From Phoronis australis (taxonomy: Eukaryota; Animalia; Phoronida): a stretch of DNA of 64,000 nucleotides. Numbering within the stretch: the stretch's first letter is position 1; each line of letters opens with the position of its first letter. The translations under genes were made by a program, and so were the position numbers. The notes under the pieces are model-generated. The model saw only the letters and a program-made list of their open reading frames with translations, did no database searches and was not told the origin of the DNA. This document shows, one piece after another, positions 51,597 to 63,820 of this stretch. Location: positions 95,499 through 159,498 of the forward strand of contig NMRA01000764.1 in assembly GCA_002633005.1 (NCBI GenBank). The letters run 5' to 3'.

Positions 51597-54500
51597 TTAT
51601 CGCTTGAAGGCTATCTGACTGTTCTTGACCACTGACCACTTGTGTCTCTTGATGTAGTAGGAGAGTATGAACATGCTGCCCAGCAGTAACACACACTGTA
51701 AGGAGATATCAACAGACAAGTCAGTCAGTGTTAGCAGGACAATATGAACATGCTGCCCAGCAGTAACACACACTGTAAACATAACCTAAAAGTCAATCTT
51801 ACAATGAAGAAACAAAATCACTTTGTTCTTTAATCAGAGTATTTGACACATAAGAATTTGAACAAACAAAAGTATATGACATTAAGAATATTAAGCTTTC
51901 GTTCAATAATTGCCATGATAACACTACTGATGTTAAACACATTATGGTAGTTGCCTGCACAGTGACACACAAATGACCACAAGCGTTAAGTGGGCAAGGC
52001 CAGAGAAGGAGTTGGTCTAATTACTCCTTAAAATAAAATGCAACTACGTGAAGACATTCTTTGAGACGAGTGAAAATATTTCAGTTTTGATTCAAACCAT
52101 AACACAGCACACATGTCTGATTTTCTCAAGGACCATAAATTTGGAATAAGATTGCTTCAAATAGTGATGGACAAATTGAACACAACAAAAGTTACCTTCA
52201 AGCCCAGCCTCTTGCGTTGGTCATGTTCTCGCTCAGCCGACCATTTTAAGAAAGTAGACACATCCTTGGCTAGCTGACTACGAGTAGCTGGAGTACCTAG
52301 AGACAAAGACAACCAGTTATTGTAGGGCAAATAAGACATGAATTAAATCACACACGTGTTGTATGGCTGAGTCACTGTGGATCAGTGGTAAGATGGAATC
52401 AACAGTGACAGAGTCACTGTGGATTAGTGGTGAGATGGAATCAACACTGACAGAGTCACTGTGGATTAGTGGTGAGATGGAATCAACAGTGACAGAGTCA
52501 CTGTGGATTAGTGGTAAGATGGAATCAACAGTGACAGAGTCACTGTGGATTAGTGGTGAGATGGAATCCACAGTGACAGAGTCACTGTGGATTAGTGGTA
52601 AGATGGAATCAACAGTGACAGAGTCACTGTGGATCAGTGGTGAGATGGAATCAACAGTGACAGAGTCACTGTGGATTAGTGGTAAGATGGAATCAACAGT
52701 GACAGAGTCACTGTGGATTAGTGGTAAGATGGAATCAACAGTGACAGGTCAGAGTTCAGCTGGTGGCTCAGTGTTGCACTCATGTAGTTGTGTCCAGCAA
52801 GCTACTTAATAGTTAATTGACAAACTAGTTTATGTACACTGCTCCAGTTGACTGACAATGTTGACAGTACAAGCTAGTTTATGAACACTGCTCCCGATGA
52901 CTGACAATTGTGACAGTACAAGCTAGTTTATGTACACTGCTCCAGTTGATTGACAATTTTGAAGATTTAAATGAACACGCTTTAGTTACTATAACAACAG
53001 GCCAAATCCATATTTTTGTATCTTTTCCAGTTGAATAGTCTCATTTTCATACATAATACAATGCATTCCATGGCTGTGGTATTTTCAATGAAAATCTGTG
53101 ACCAACACAGACAATTTGAAAAAGCACTTATCCCAGTGAGAAATTTTGACAAACAAATCATAAGGCCCAGATCTAACCATATTCATTAACTGCTTATGTG
53201 TTACTAAAACTTGAATCATATTGGTAAAAGGATGTGAGTGAACTCTTCATACCGTCCTCATATTCCAGAATTTCATTGTAAAGAGGCGCCGCCATGCCAA
53301 TCGCTCCACCAGCAAAGTATGGGTTGTAATGCTGGTCTTCACCCAGGACACGCCCAGCAGGGGGGTCACAGTAGCCAGTCAGTAGGTGGAACACATAGTC
53401 CTACATAAGTACAAGATGTAAAATTAGTCCTCTCCTAGCTGAACACACAAATCTGCACAAAGTTTTGGTAAGCAATCTATACACTTAACTTCATATAATA
53501 CCTATTAACAGTTTACAGCATAGTTTAACCAAGCTATACGTATAACTTAATGTAATACCTATTAACATTTTGCAGCATAGTTTCAGTTACCAAGTTATAC
53601 ACGTAACCCAATTTTCCTTGAGAATACATGCCTAACTAAGAAGACTAACATAGTGCCTACACTCAACAGACACAAAACGTCATCCTAGATTACTAGTGAC
53701 ATGTCCTCACCTCAGCTCCATGCCTGGCCCTTGTGATGAAAGACAGGTCTGGTGGCAGTGCACCAGCATTAGCTGCACGCGCTGCCTCATCATTATCGTA
53801 CGGCCGCGGGAACTTGTCCGACAACTTCCCCTCTCTCATGAACATCTTACCCTCGTCATCAGGGCCATCCTGTATTTGCACCTGTAACCATAACAACAAT
53901 TGCATAGTCATGTAGATACCATTTTGTACGACTGTGCATGATTGTGAGGACACCATGTTGTATGACTGATGCATGACTATGAGGACACCATGTTGTATGA
54001 CTGATGCACGACTATGAGGACACCATGTTGTATGACTGATGCATGACTGTGAGGACACCATGTTGTATGACTGATGCATGACTATGAGGACACCATGTTG
54101 TATGACTGATGCATGACTATGAGGACACCATGTTGTATGACTGTGCATGACTATGAGGACACCATGTTATATGACTGTGCATGATTGTGAGGACACCATG
54201 TTATATGACTATGGGGGATTGCAAATCAAATTCATGTTGACAACAAAATAAACTGTTTGGACTAATTTGTTGTAGACATTTATTGACATCAGTTTACACT
54301 TGAAGACTTAAGTAACTGCTATGGATAATGTTGATAAAGTCCACTTAAGATTATGTAGGGCCTACAAAATGATGAAATTTAAATTTCAGAACATCACAAC
54401 TCTGAAATGTCTGATCAGATACTATGCTTTGTGCACTGCTCTCTAAAACGCTGCAAGGAATTGATTTTGAAATGTTGTACTTTTACTTGAGGGATTTTTA

Positions 54501-57500
54501 TGGTCTTTAAAAAAATCAAAAGTTGCATAAAATGAAAATGAAGGATAATTAAGAAACTCATGGAGCACGCAAAGTGGCATAAAGAAAAAAATGTACTGTA
54601 CTCGTCCGGGTTACCACCAACCCCCAATTTTTCATTAAAAGTGTCGGTGCTTCTGAGAACTTTCGTCGCACAAAACTAAGATTCCAAACGTGGGCAACTC
54701 CCTTACCTTTCAGTGACAATCAGTTTTAGCAGAACCGGGAACTCGCCTTACTATGGCGGTAAAGTACCCGTGGGACCTTGCCTTACTATGGCGGTAAAGT
54801 ACCCGTGGGACCTTGCCTTACTATGGCGGTGAAATACCCGTAGTCTCATGCACTTTGCTGATGGAGACACAATTATTTCCTTTTTCTCGTGCGCAGAATT
54901 CGTGTCAGCATTTACAGATTACTGAGTTAGCGCTTGTTGAATGTATTTCATTGACGTGGAAGAACCAGGGGTACTTGACACGAATTTTAAGTCCATGGCC
55001 TACCTTTTTGTGATTCCCCGTGAGTGCCGCAACAGTACACGAAACATCACCACCCAGAGCAACGAAATAAAAAACACGAGCACACGGACATTATTTTGGA
55101 CGCATTGTTTTGAATGTGACAAGCAGAAACGAGTCATTGTAACAAGCCAACTTGTCTCACTATTCCTTGCCTTGGTTAAACGCATCTTTTTAACGACTAA
55201 CTGCATCTTTTTAATGACTAACTCTGACACCAAAATGAAAGTGCACAGCCAATATGGAAGCACCCAAACAAAATGGAAGTGCCCAACCAAAAGCAAGAAC
55301 GCAATAAATCAACTTGTCATTTAAGCGCAAGTCGACCATTCTATCCCCATCCACGCAGCCAAAAACTTATTTTTTGAACTCTTGATTTGCCTGATGACTT
55401 TTTACATGATGTGTTTTTGCTTTTTTATTTTTGCAGCCAACCTAGCACTCTATTACCCAATAGTAATATCGTCTGTTTGTTGAGCAGTGCTTTGAACAAC
55501 AGTGGTGTCGGCTGTTCAACTCAGAAAGAACTATATAAAATGTTTCATTTTTTAAACAAAGTTCAAAGCATTTTAATGTTCTTAAAAAAACTGAGACCTG
55601 TCAGTCATAAGCATGTGTTTTGGTTACCAAAATGTCTAGGGGGAGCAATCTACAAAATCAGGTGCTTCCCTTTTAAATATGCGGCGCCCTAGCGGAGTCT
55701 CGGTTGATCTGCCTTTTCTCTCAAGAAACTTGCCCTATTGAATGTATGCCTACCTGCAACCCTTTATCCAGGATTTCGAAAATAGGGTGTCCAAAATGGT
55801 GTTCCCAATATTCCAGGGCGTTCATGATTCCGACACGTAAGCCCCCACCCCCCAGCAATCACCCCAAACACACACATTTTTTTACAAAAAATGCATAGAC
55901 CAAGGTTTTTACATTTAAGTTTACAAAACAGCCTTCTGTAGTGAGCATTTTACTAAAATAAAAATGTAGACCAAGACTTTTACAATGCCATCAACCAAGT
56001 GTGCAATATACAAAGTATATACATTGTATATTTCTTCCTGCTTTGAAAAAAGAGCCCCCACCGTGAGCCTTCAGAGGCTTCCTAATATTCATTACAATGT
56101 GCAAGTCCAAACTTGAAAGTTTCCTATTGACAGTGGGCGTCCAAATGATACATTGGGCGTCCTTGCCAGGGCGTCCAGATTAGTGCTAGGGCGGCCATTT
56201 GGACACCGTGGATGTACGCTGTATAAAGGCCTGCCTACCTGTAGAAATACCTTAGTTCTAAGAGATGACGAACAGTGACCAAGGTATGTAGAAAACCCAA
56301 TCACGATCGAATGGCGCCACTGTATCGTGTGCACTATTTCACTTCAGAAAGTCATTACTTCAATCCGTAGACATATATTTGAACTGCTATGCTTCAAGTT
56401 AGATGTCATTGTAATTCCATGAAGGTGGTCTTCCGTGAAGTAAGCACCCACTCCTGACTTTTCAAAAATTTTGATTTTAACCGCCCATGCTCGACTTACT
56501 GCCCATCCCGTTTTTAAGATTCCCAATTTAACTTGGGCAGCAGACCATAGGGGCTGGGAGCTATAGCCCCACTTTTTTCCTCAGTGCTGCGCTGCCAATG
56601 GTCTACAGGCGGTAAACCACAAGGGGGCTGGAAGGCTTTAGCCCCCCACTTTTTCCATTGCCGCGCTGCCCATGTTTAAGCGCCTAGGGCGGTAACCCGG
56701 ACGAGTACGGTATATCTTGTGGGGTCCAGACAAAAACTTGTTCTCACATGATTATTTTCTGTTAATGTGACTTAATGGGTTTTGTAGAAAACTTAAACAG
56801 CTTTTTGAGATTTAATCTTGAGCATTTAAATCAATCAAAATTCAGTTAGAATAGTCATTCTGGTTTTTTGATATCAATGTACCTTTCTTTTTTGCTAAAT
56901 TTTACCAAAAAGACATTAAGTGACCCAATTAATGAGATAGGTAAAAACTTGAAAATTAAATTCTACAGCTTTTCTACTTTCTGATGCACAGGCTTTATGA
57001 ATAAGGCCCCTAACCTTTAAGGTTTTGTCACAAGCAACATACAGCATATCTAAGTATGGTCCATGTGCATCACAACATACAGCATATCTAAGTATGGTCC
57101 ATGTGCATCACAACATACAGCATATCTAAGTATGGTCCATGTGCATCACAAAGCATGATAAGAGGAGACACTAGAGTTCATTTCACACAGACCATGTAGC
57201 AGTACAACTGTCACATGACTATAGTACAACTGTCACATGACTATAGTACAACTGTCACATGACTATAGTACAACTGTCACATGACTATAGTACAACTGTC
57301 ACATGACTATAGTACAACTGTCACATGACTATAGTGACTTACAGCTTCAGCCTCTCCCTTAGCTTCCTCCTCACTGTGAGTCACTCCTATTAAGTCCCTG
57401 TAGTGAAGGTAGTTCATGCTGTGACATGCCGCACAAACCTGCTTGTACACCTGGTAACCACGACGAATACTGAAAATTTGAGAATTATTAATTCAACCCG

Positions 57501-60500
57501 TTTGTTTATCCATAATTACCACTAATATTGTGCTATCATTTTCCATCAGTTTTCCATGATAAAATTTTCATTTTCTTTGAATTTTTTACCAAAAGACCGT
57601 AAACAGCAATTCTTGAAAACAACTTTCTGCCATCAATCATGACACATTTTTGAGGTCTGAAACACAAAACATTGACATTAAAAGCCTGACTGTTTTGGTG
57701 AAACATATAAGTGACCTACAAATGTGAGATTTGTAATGAGCTAACTTGTCACTACAGCTACTGGGGGGTAATAGTGCTGAGACATGATCCAGGGCAAGAG
57801 AGGGGGCCATTATGAGACCAGAATAACTTGTCACTACACCACAGGTAATACTTACGAAGCATGATCCAAGGCAGAGAGTGGGCCATTATGAGACCAGGGT
57901 AACTTTGGAGGATGAAGAAGGAGCTCTGCAGCAGCTACAGGTTGATTGAGGGCAGTCACCAGGCCAACGCCTCCTGCTACACTCATAGCTACAGCTGCAA
58001 CCTGAGTAGTCAAAGTTCATAAGCAGGTCAGCAATGAGTTCAAGGGATGCAAAGAAGATAATTGCTTGCTTTCATGACAATTCTTAGAAATAATCCACAA
58101 TACTGCAATTAAAGGCAATTTTCCTTCATTGAGTTGTAAATATGTTAAAACCGAATAGCAGAGTTTGTCCAGTACATCAACAAGGGCAGCGCGGATCGTT
58201 GAAATGCGCCCACAAATGCATCGCAAATGGTGAGCTTTTATGGTTATTTATTTGTATCATAAAAATGGTCACTAGATGGAGAAAAAACGTCCAAGCCATC
58301 CGAAAATAGAAATGTCATTGCTCCTTAAATAGAATCATCTCACCAATAGCTGCCTATATTCCAAATTTCCTGAAAATCCGTTAAGGACCTCTGAACATAC
58401 AGAGCTAAACCTAAAAAAAACAAAAAATACACTAGGAGGCGCCACAGTAGTCGAAGTCGGAAAATCATCATGAGCTTTCCTCTTCACAGTAAGATACATA
58501 ACAATTTTCATAATCAGCCTTAGAGCGGTTTGGTTGATAGACGAGTGGACGCCAAAAGACACTCGAAAAACAGTAAAAATGGCCACTAGGTGGCACAAAC
58601 TAGGTCAAATCCAACTGAAAAGGAGAGATAGCATCACCTCATTAACAGATGCCTGTATGCCAAATTTTATGAAAACATGTTGAGGACCTTTGAACATAGA
58701 GCAGGGCTTGGAATGACCAATGACAAAAAGCGGAAATTTTTACGCCCCAAACATGCGTGCTTCGCAGCCTTGAAATAGTCGACGTGGGCCTTTAGCGGAC
58801 AAATATCGGGAGGACTAAAGAAAATTGGTGCCACCTCCAGAAGCGTGCGTCTGCATCTTTTTAGCTCGTCCATCCACTCCCACTTCACATTGCTGTAGTT
58901 TTTGTCACCGCGCTTTACAATCACACGGGACACCATTGAAAAATCCACCACGCTATCCCAGATGCCTCAGCAATGTTGACAATTTACGTTCATCCGAAAC
59001 ATAAAGAGCAACTTCCGCCTTTGGAGGTGAAAGTCGTCAGCAACGCCGCGGTAAGAAAGAAATTTGCCACGGAAATTTTATATCAAATCCGATTTTTTTT
59101 TATGCGGAAATATAATAAAATACGCGGACAGAACATTTGAAAAAAGCGGAAATCCGCGTTTCCGCGGAAAATTCCAAGCCTTGATAGAGGTAAATGTAAA
59201 AAAATAAAATTACCACTAGGTGGCACACCAGTACTCACATCCGTCCGAAAGTTGTCGTCGTCCATTGTCAACATCATGTTAATACTTACCGAATTTTGTA
59301 AAGATCTTTCCAACGGTTTAGGAGATACAGCCAAAGGCACAAAAAACAAAACTGCCACTAGGAGGCGCCACAGTAGTCAAAATTGTCAGAAAATCATGGT
59401 CAGCCGTCCTTTTCACAGTAAGAACATACGTGCCAATTTTCAAAATCATCCTTTGAGCGGTTTGCTTGATAGAGGGGTGCATGTGCAAAAAACAGACTCG
59501 AAAACAGTAAAAATGGCCACTAGGTGGCGCAAACTATGTTGAATCCATCCGAAAACGGAAGGACAGCATCATCTCACTAATAGGTGCTTATATACCAATT
59601 TTTATGAAAATCCGTTCAGGACTTTTGAAGATACAGAGGTAAATATAAAAAACTAAAATTGCCATTAGGGGACACACCGGTAATCGGATCTGTCCGAAAG
59701 TTCGCTCATGCCGTCCCATCCACGGAAGGAACACATGTGCAAAATTTCATGAACATATACGTCAAGGCATTTTGGAGATAGAGCAGCGGACGCCGCACAG
59801 CCGGCTGGCTGGACGGACGGAGATGACAGCATAATGCGTCCACATATAAATATGTGGGTGCATAATTGTTGATAATACCAGTTTGAACTTGCCCACACAT
59901 CCCATATGGTAACCATACGCTTTTTGGAAAATTATGGCCTGCACTGACTAAACCATCAAAGCACCTTTTGAGCATAGAGGGACACCTTGGTCTCTACTCT
60001 TCCCAGCTCGAACACATGAAACTTCAAGTTCAATATTTCTGAATGTATGAGCCACCACAGTTACAAGATGTGGTATAAAAGTGTAGATATCAGAGATTAC
60101 CAGACCACCAGCTTCATTCAAATTCTTAAGTCACTGTGTGATGTGAATTTGTCAGGACTTGAAACATCAGCAATTATCATTAACAGGATCTATGACTGAT
60201 ACCCAGCAGCATGCAGTGGGCAGCCACTTCACCTGCCAAAGTTTATTGTCAGCTCTGACCTTTGGCCCAGTTAAAACATTGTGAGGTCATGTTAACATAC
60301 ACACTGATGCCAGCCCTAGCCCATTCACGATTTTGAGGACGGAACAACGAACTATTGGATAAAATGTTGATAGTGGAAGTACTAGATTGAGTTGGAAGGT
60401 TTTAAAGACTCTGACTGCCTCCAAAGTTGCCCATCTACACCAGGTACATATATTCTCTGACTGCCTCCAAACTTGTCCATCTACACTTAACAGGTACTCA

Positions 60501-63328
60501 TATAGTAACATATCTTTGATAGTTTTAAGTCAAGATTAAGCATAATTTGCCAAAAAACTTACAGTGTACAAGCTTGTACCTACAACTAAAGAGGAGGCAG
60601 TGTGGTCTGGTTGATAAGTGCCCGCTTTCTTTACTAAAGTTCGTGGGTTCAAGTCCCACCAGGTCACACTGCTAAACCCTTGAGCCAAGTTTCTAGCTCC
60701 TCAGCTCGGTTTTAACCATACATTAATAAAGCATAAAAATATTTCCAGGTGATCAGTGCAATGGGCCCACATGCGAGGCCTGCGCACGTCTGGTATAACG
60801 TTTATCAGACCGCCTGCAATTATTTTTTATGTATTACTTACAACTAGATAAAAACTGTGAATGCAATTATATACCTACGTCCATACTGAGTTTTGACAAA
60901 ATCTTTGTAGCAGACATTCACAATCTATAGTAAGTACATTGGAAATACTATGGCTGCATCAGTGTTGTACAATATTATTTAACTGACACAGAATTCAAGA
61001 CATAAAATGTAACTTGAGATCAGGTATCATATTTAAGATGTGATACTTACTACTTTTTTACCCCTTGACAATGGTACAGTTGACAACTTTGCCTGCAATG
61101 TACAAGTAAGAATGTGTTGTATAACAACCAATGTTGACATCAAGATAACAAAGAATGAATACCAGGCGTCGTAGTATTTGAGAAGCAAATGTACTTTCCT
61201 TTTCAATTTCACTTAAGCTTTCACAATTGCTCCACTAGTCTCGCAATCTCAATCCAAATTGAACATTTGCCACTAGAGGGCGAGGTGAATCAGAAATGGA
61301 CGTTATTTAGTTTTGTACTTTTTTTTCCCTTCCTACATCCCACAAGTGCCAATTTTCACTCCCTGGTCATCAGTTGACCATGTTGTAGATTTTTCAGACT
61401 CTAATCTATGGGAAACTTTTTGTTCCGGGTGAAGCTGGCAAATGTAACAACAAAATTATTCCGGGTGGCTAAAAAGACAGATGGAAACTATATCTGCAGT
61501 CATGCCTAGGTGGAGTTTGTGGCAAAAATCATATTATAATAATACTTCTTACTATTGCAGTCATTAAATTTCAAATTACCACAAAAATTCCCATTTAGTA
61601 TGTGTCTACTACCTTTGACCTTTTTAAGGACTACGGTAACCACCTACTGCTCTACTAAGCGTCCCCTTTGTTTTGAGAAATTTTAATTAAGCACCAGGGC
61701 ACACAACATTCCTTTTCAGTAAGTACTGATCAACCGTATGTAACTTCACACTTATGCTTAGTTATCAAAACAATCTGCAAATGCCAGTTTGATTGACAAT
61801 TAGCAAAAAACATGACTTGCATGTTTTATTACTTCACGATGATACAAGCATCCAATAACATATTGCCAACCTTTCAATTCCAAAATCGAGAGTTAGCAGA
61901 TAATTCCAGTGAGGCACACTTGCCACACATCCTCAAGTCAGGGAACTTCATCAAAATAGAGAATTTGACACTTTTCCGTGAGGTATGAGAATTCTTCAAA
62001 ATCTGAGAGCTTCCCACCTAAATCGAATAGGGAGGGTTGGCAAAACCACTGTCACATTTCTTTGGCCTAATTTTTTGAAAACCTGTTTATCTAGTGCACT
62101 GCAGTCAGAAACTTAGTGTGACAGACAGCATCGCACAAAGCAGAGGTACTAAAGCCGGTGTGGTCCTTGAAGTGGACCATTGAAAGAAAATAGAATAACA
62201 AAGCATTCAAGTATTATATTTTGAAATAAATCCATCAACTAATTTGTTACGTGATGTAACATACTTCACATTGCCAAACCACCGCCTCAGAGACTGCTTG
62301 CACTCATTGTGTTGATGTGGATGAGCTTCCGTTGAATCCTATGAAGCGTCAGTTAGCCACACTGTCTGTAGCTGGTCAGAAGAGATGGTGAAACTAGTAC
62401 AGGATGTTCATACGCCGGAAGCTTTTAGGCGAATTATGCCTCACACTGATTAAAACATCAAAGTCACGCTGTTCTACGTACCTTTTGCGCATAGAAGGAC
62501 ACCTTAGGAGGCCATCCATGTCTTTAATTCCTTCCAACTCGAACAAATACTCCGGTTATCAAACTTTTTATTCGAGCAGTCCTTCGTTCAGTTCCCAGAA
62601 TCGGAAACTGGCCGTATTTACACAGCACACATCAGGGGATACGACGTCATACCACCTACCGCGCACAGTATTAAAAATGGTCAGTTGCCAATTCGGAGAA
62701 CTGAATGAAGGACTGCTTGATGATGAACTTTGATAACGGGAATATTTGTTTGTGTTGGAATAATTAAAAGGTACTCATAATAACAAATCGACTTTAAAAA
62801 AAATCAGTTTGAGGCACAATTCGCTGAAAAGCTTCCGGCGTATGAAGCGCCTATAGGAGCTTCACCGTCAGTAGTTCACGTGACGGCGGTCACTGTCTAT
62901 CTCTATTGTAGTCGCTGGTTTGATTTTCGAGTCAGATAATCCCAACTTAGTAAAGAGTGTTATCAATCTTTATCTCTAATAATTCGAATACTAGACTGGC
63001 ACTCGTGAAATATAGCAGTCCCTGATTTCGAAAACCAGGCAATCACTGAATAACGGGCCCGCTATACAGTGGATGAAACTGGTTCTCAAAATCAGGGACC
63101 GCTGGCACTGTATCCGACCAGTCGGACCAGTGCAGTGACCGTTCTCACAGTCGAACATAGGCTCTCAACCAAAGGACAGACGCCAAGCTAAAACAGGATA
63201 CTATGTCTAAAACAGTGCACATGTGTGTTTTCAAAAACAGAATTACTACTAACCGCCTGGGGCGTCGTCACCATGGGTTTCAAAGTTAAAAGTGGCTTGG
63301 TCGCCCGACCAATCATGTTGGCGGCCAT
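51597..63328 (-). CDS. CYC1: Cytochrome c1, heme protein, mitochondrial (8 exons, ~302 aa)
   Basis: Exons 63328-63254, 61092-61051, 58001-57856, 57469-57343, 53881-53711, 53400-53253, 52296-52196 and 51695-51597 total 909 nt with consistent phases. Motifs: [31 protein letters not shown] (CxxCH heme site), [34 protein letters not shown], and a C-terminal TM helix followed by KRHKWS. The two presequence exons are less certain. Confidence 0.95.
52368..52746. repeat. 42-bp minisatellite in CYC1 intron 6
   Basis: GAGTCACTGTGGATTAGTGGT(A/G)AGATGGAATCAACAGTGACA x9. Confidence 0.95.
53930..54212. repeat. 34-35-bp minisatellite next to the CYC1 exon 5 acceptor
   Basis: TGAGGACACCATGTTGTATGACTGATGCATGACTA x ~8. 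Confidence 0.95.
54594..56712. mobile_element. Tc1/pogo-type non-autonomous DNA element
   Basis: TIRs TACTGTACTCGTCCGGGTTACCACC / GGGCGGTAACCCGGACGAGTACGGTA with TA ends. No transposase ORF seen. Confidence 0.65.
57035..57335. repeat. 38-bp (x3) and 22-bp (x6) minisatellites abutting the CYC1 exon 4 donor
   Basis: CAACATACAGCATATCTAAGTATGGTCCATGTGCATCA x3 and AGTACAACTGTCACATGACTAT x6, the latter ending a few bases from the donor. Confidence 0.9.
58179..59865 (-). mobile_element. HINE-like copy in reverse orientation in CYC1 intron 2
   Basis: Reverse-complement termini AACAAG..CGTTGAAATGCGCCCACA (58179) and GGACGGACGG..CCACATATAAATATGTGGGTGCATAA (59865), with the same units. Interrupted by a MITE. 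Confidence 0.75.
58702..59183. mobile_element. MITE (possibly hAT-like) inserted in the HINE-like copy
   Basis: TIRs CAGGGCTTGGAAT / ATTCCAAGCCTTG. ATAGAG is repeated on both flanks, and the host unit resumes afterwards. Confidence 0.55.
60591..60830 (+). mobile_element. tRNA-derived SINE, second copy
   Basis: A box TGGTCTGGTTG and B box GGTTCAAGTCCC. The body AGCTCCTCAGCTCGGTTTTAAC..CCAGGTGATCAGTGCAATGGGCCCACA matches the 3603-3831 copy. Confidence 0.75.
62400..62853. mobile_element. MITE with ~45-bp TIRs
   Basis: TTCATACGCCGGAAGCTTTTAGGCGAATTATGCCTCACACTGATT, with its reverse complement at ~62803-62846. Confidence 0.7.
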
Positions 63329-63598
63329 TTTTACTGAGAGGACTACCTTATTTAAGAATGTTGAGGCTGCTAAGAACAAAGGCCGTTAAATAAATTGGTA
63401 ATTTTTGTACAATATGCATTACTGATTTCTTTTTATTAGGCGTTTGATACAATAAGCCTAACACTTCGCTGCATTTTCAATCTTTACACTGAACCTAAAT
63501 TATGTAACATTGGACATTACAGACTTTGGTAAAGGAAATAACAGAGGGCGCAAGAATCAGGTGTGAGCACCCGTCCAATTCAAATTTTCTGAGTTATC
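63329..63598. promoter_or_regulatory. Putative bidirectional promoter shared by CYC1 and PPWD1
   Basis: The divergent ATGs are only 270 bp apart. The CYC1 ATG lies in a YY1-like AAAATGGC context. Confidence 0.55.
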
Positions 63599-63692
63599 AT
63601 GTCTGAAAAACGCACTCATGATTCAGATGATAGCGAAGAGGACTGTATTGGACCAACCTTAGACGAAGCTGTTAAACCAAAGAAAAAGAAAG
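63599..63692 (+). CDS. PPWD1: First coding exon of a probable peptidylprolyl isomerase domain and WD repeat-containing protein 1
   Basis: ATG-initiated exon MSEKRTHDSDDSEEDCIGPTLDEAVKPKKKK followed by a GT donor. The acidic stretch plus 'IGP..EA...KK(R/K)K' resembles the PPWD1 N-terminus (WVGPLPVEATLAKKRKV), recalled from memory. Only one short exon is visible. Confidence 0.6.
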
Positions 63693-63820
63693 GTGGTATC
63701 ATGTTTAAATTTTTATCTGTTGTCGCTCTGACTCCTCCTGTAGTCGTAGAGTTGTCTGCCTCCTAGCTAGGCAATGACCATCGCCTCTGTTGGCCCGAAG
63801 CAGAGGCGATGTAGAGGCTA

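Noticed and set aside
52317-52809. Repetitive ORFs ([12 protein letters not shown]..; also 46447-46820, 29047-29493 and 50515-51121)
   Set aside because: Translations of intronic or UTR minisatellites, with no splice or homology support.
60591-60670. tRNA gene (also at 3760-3831)
   Set aside because: A and B boxes are present but there is no convincing cloverleaf, and both continue into a shared ~160-bp body typical of a SINE.
41228-63328. Horizontally acquired petABC operon or NUMT
   Set aside because: Both genes have spliceosomal introns and mitochondrial presequences, cytochrome b is absent, and the order differs from the bacterial operon.
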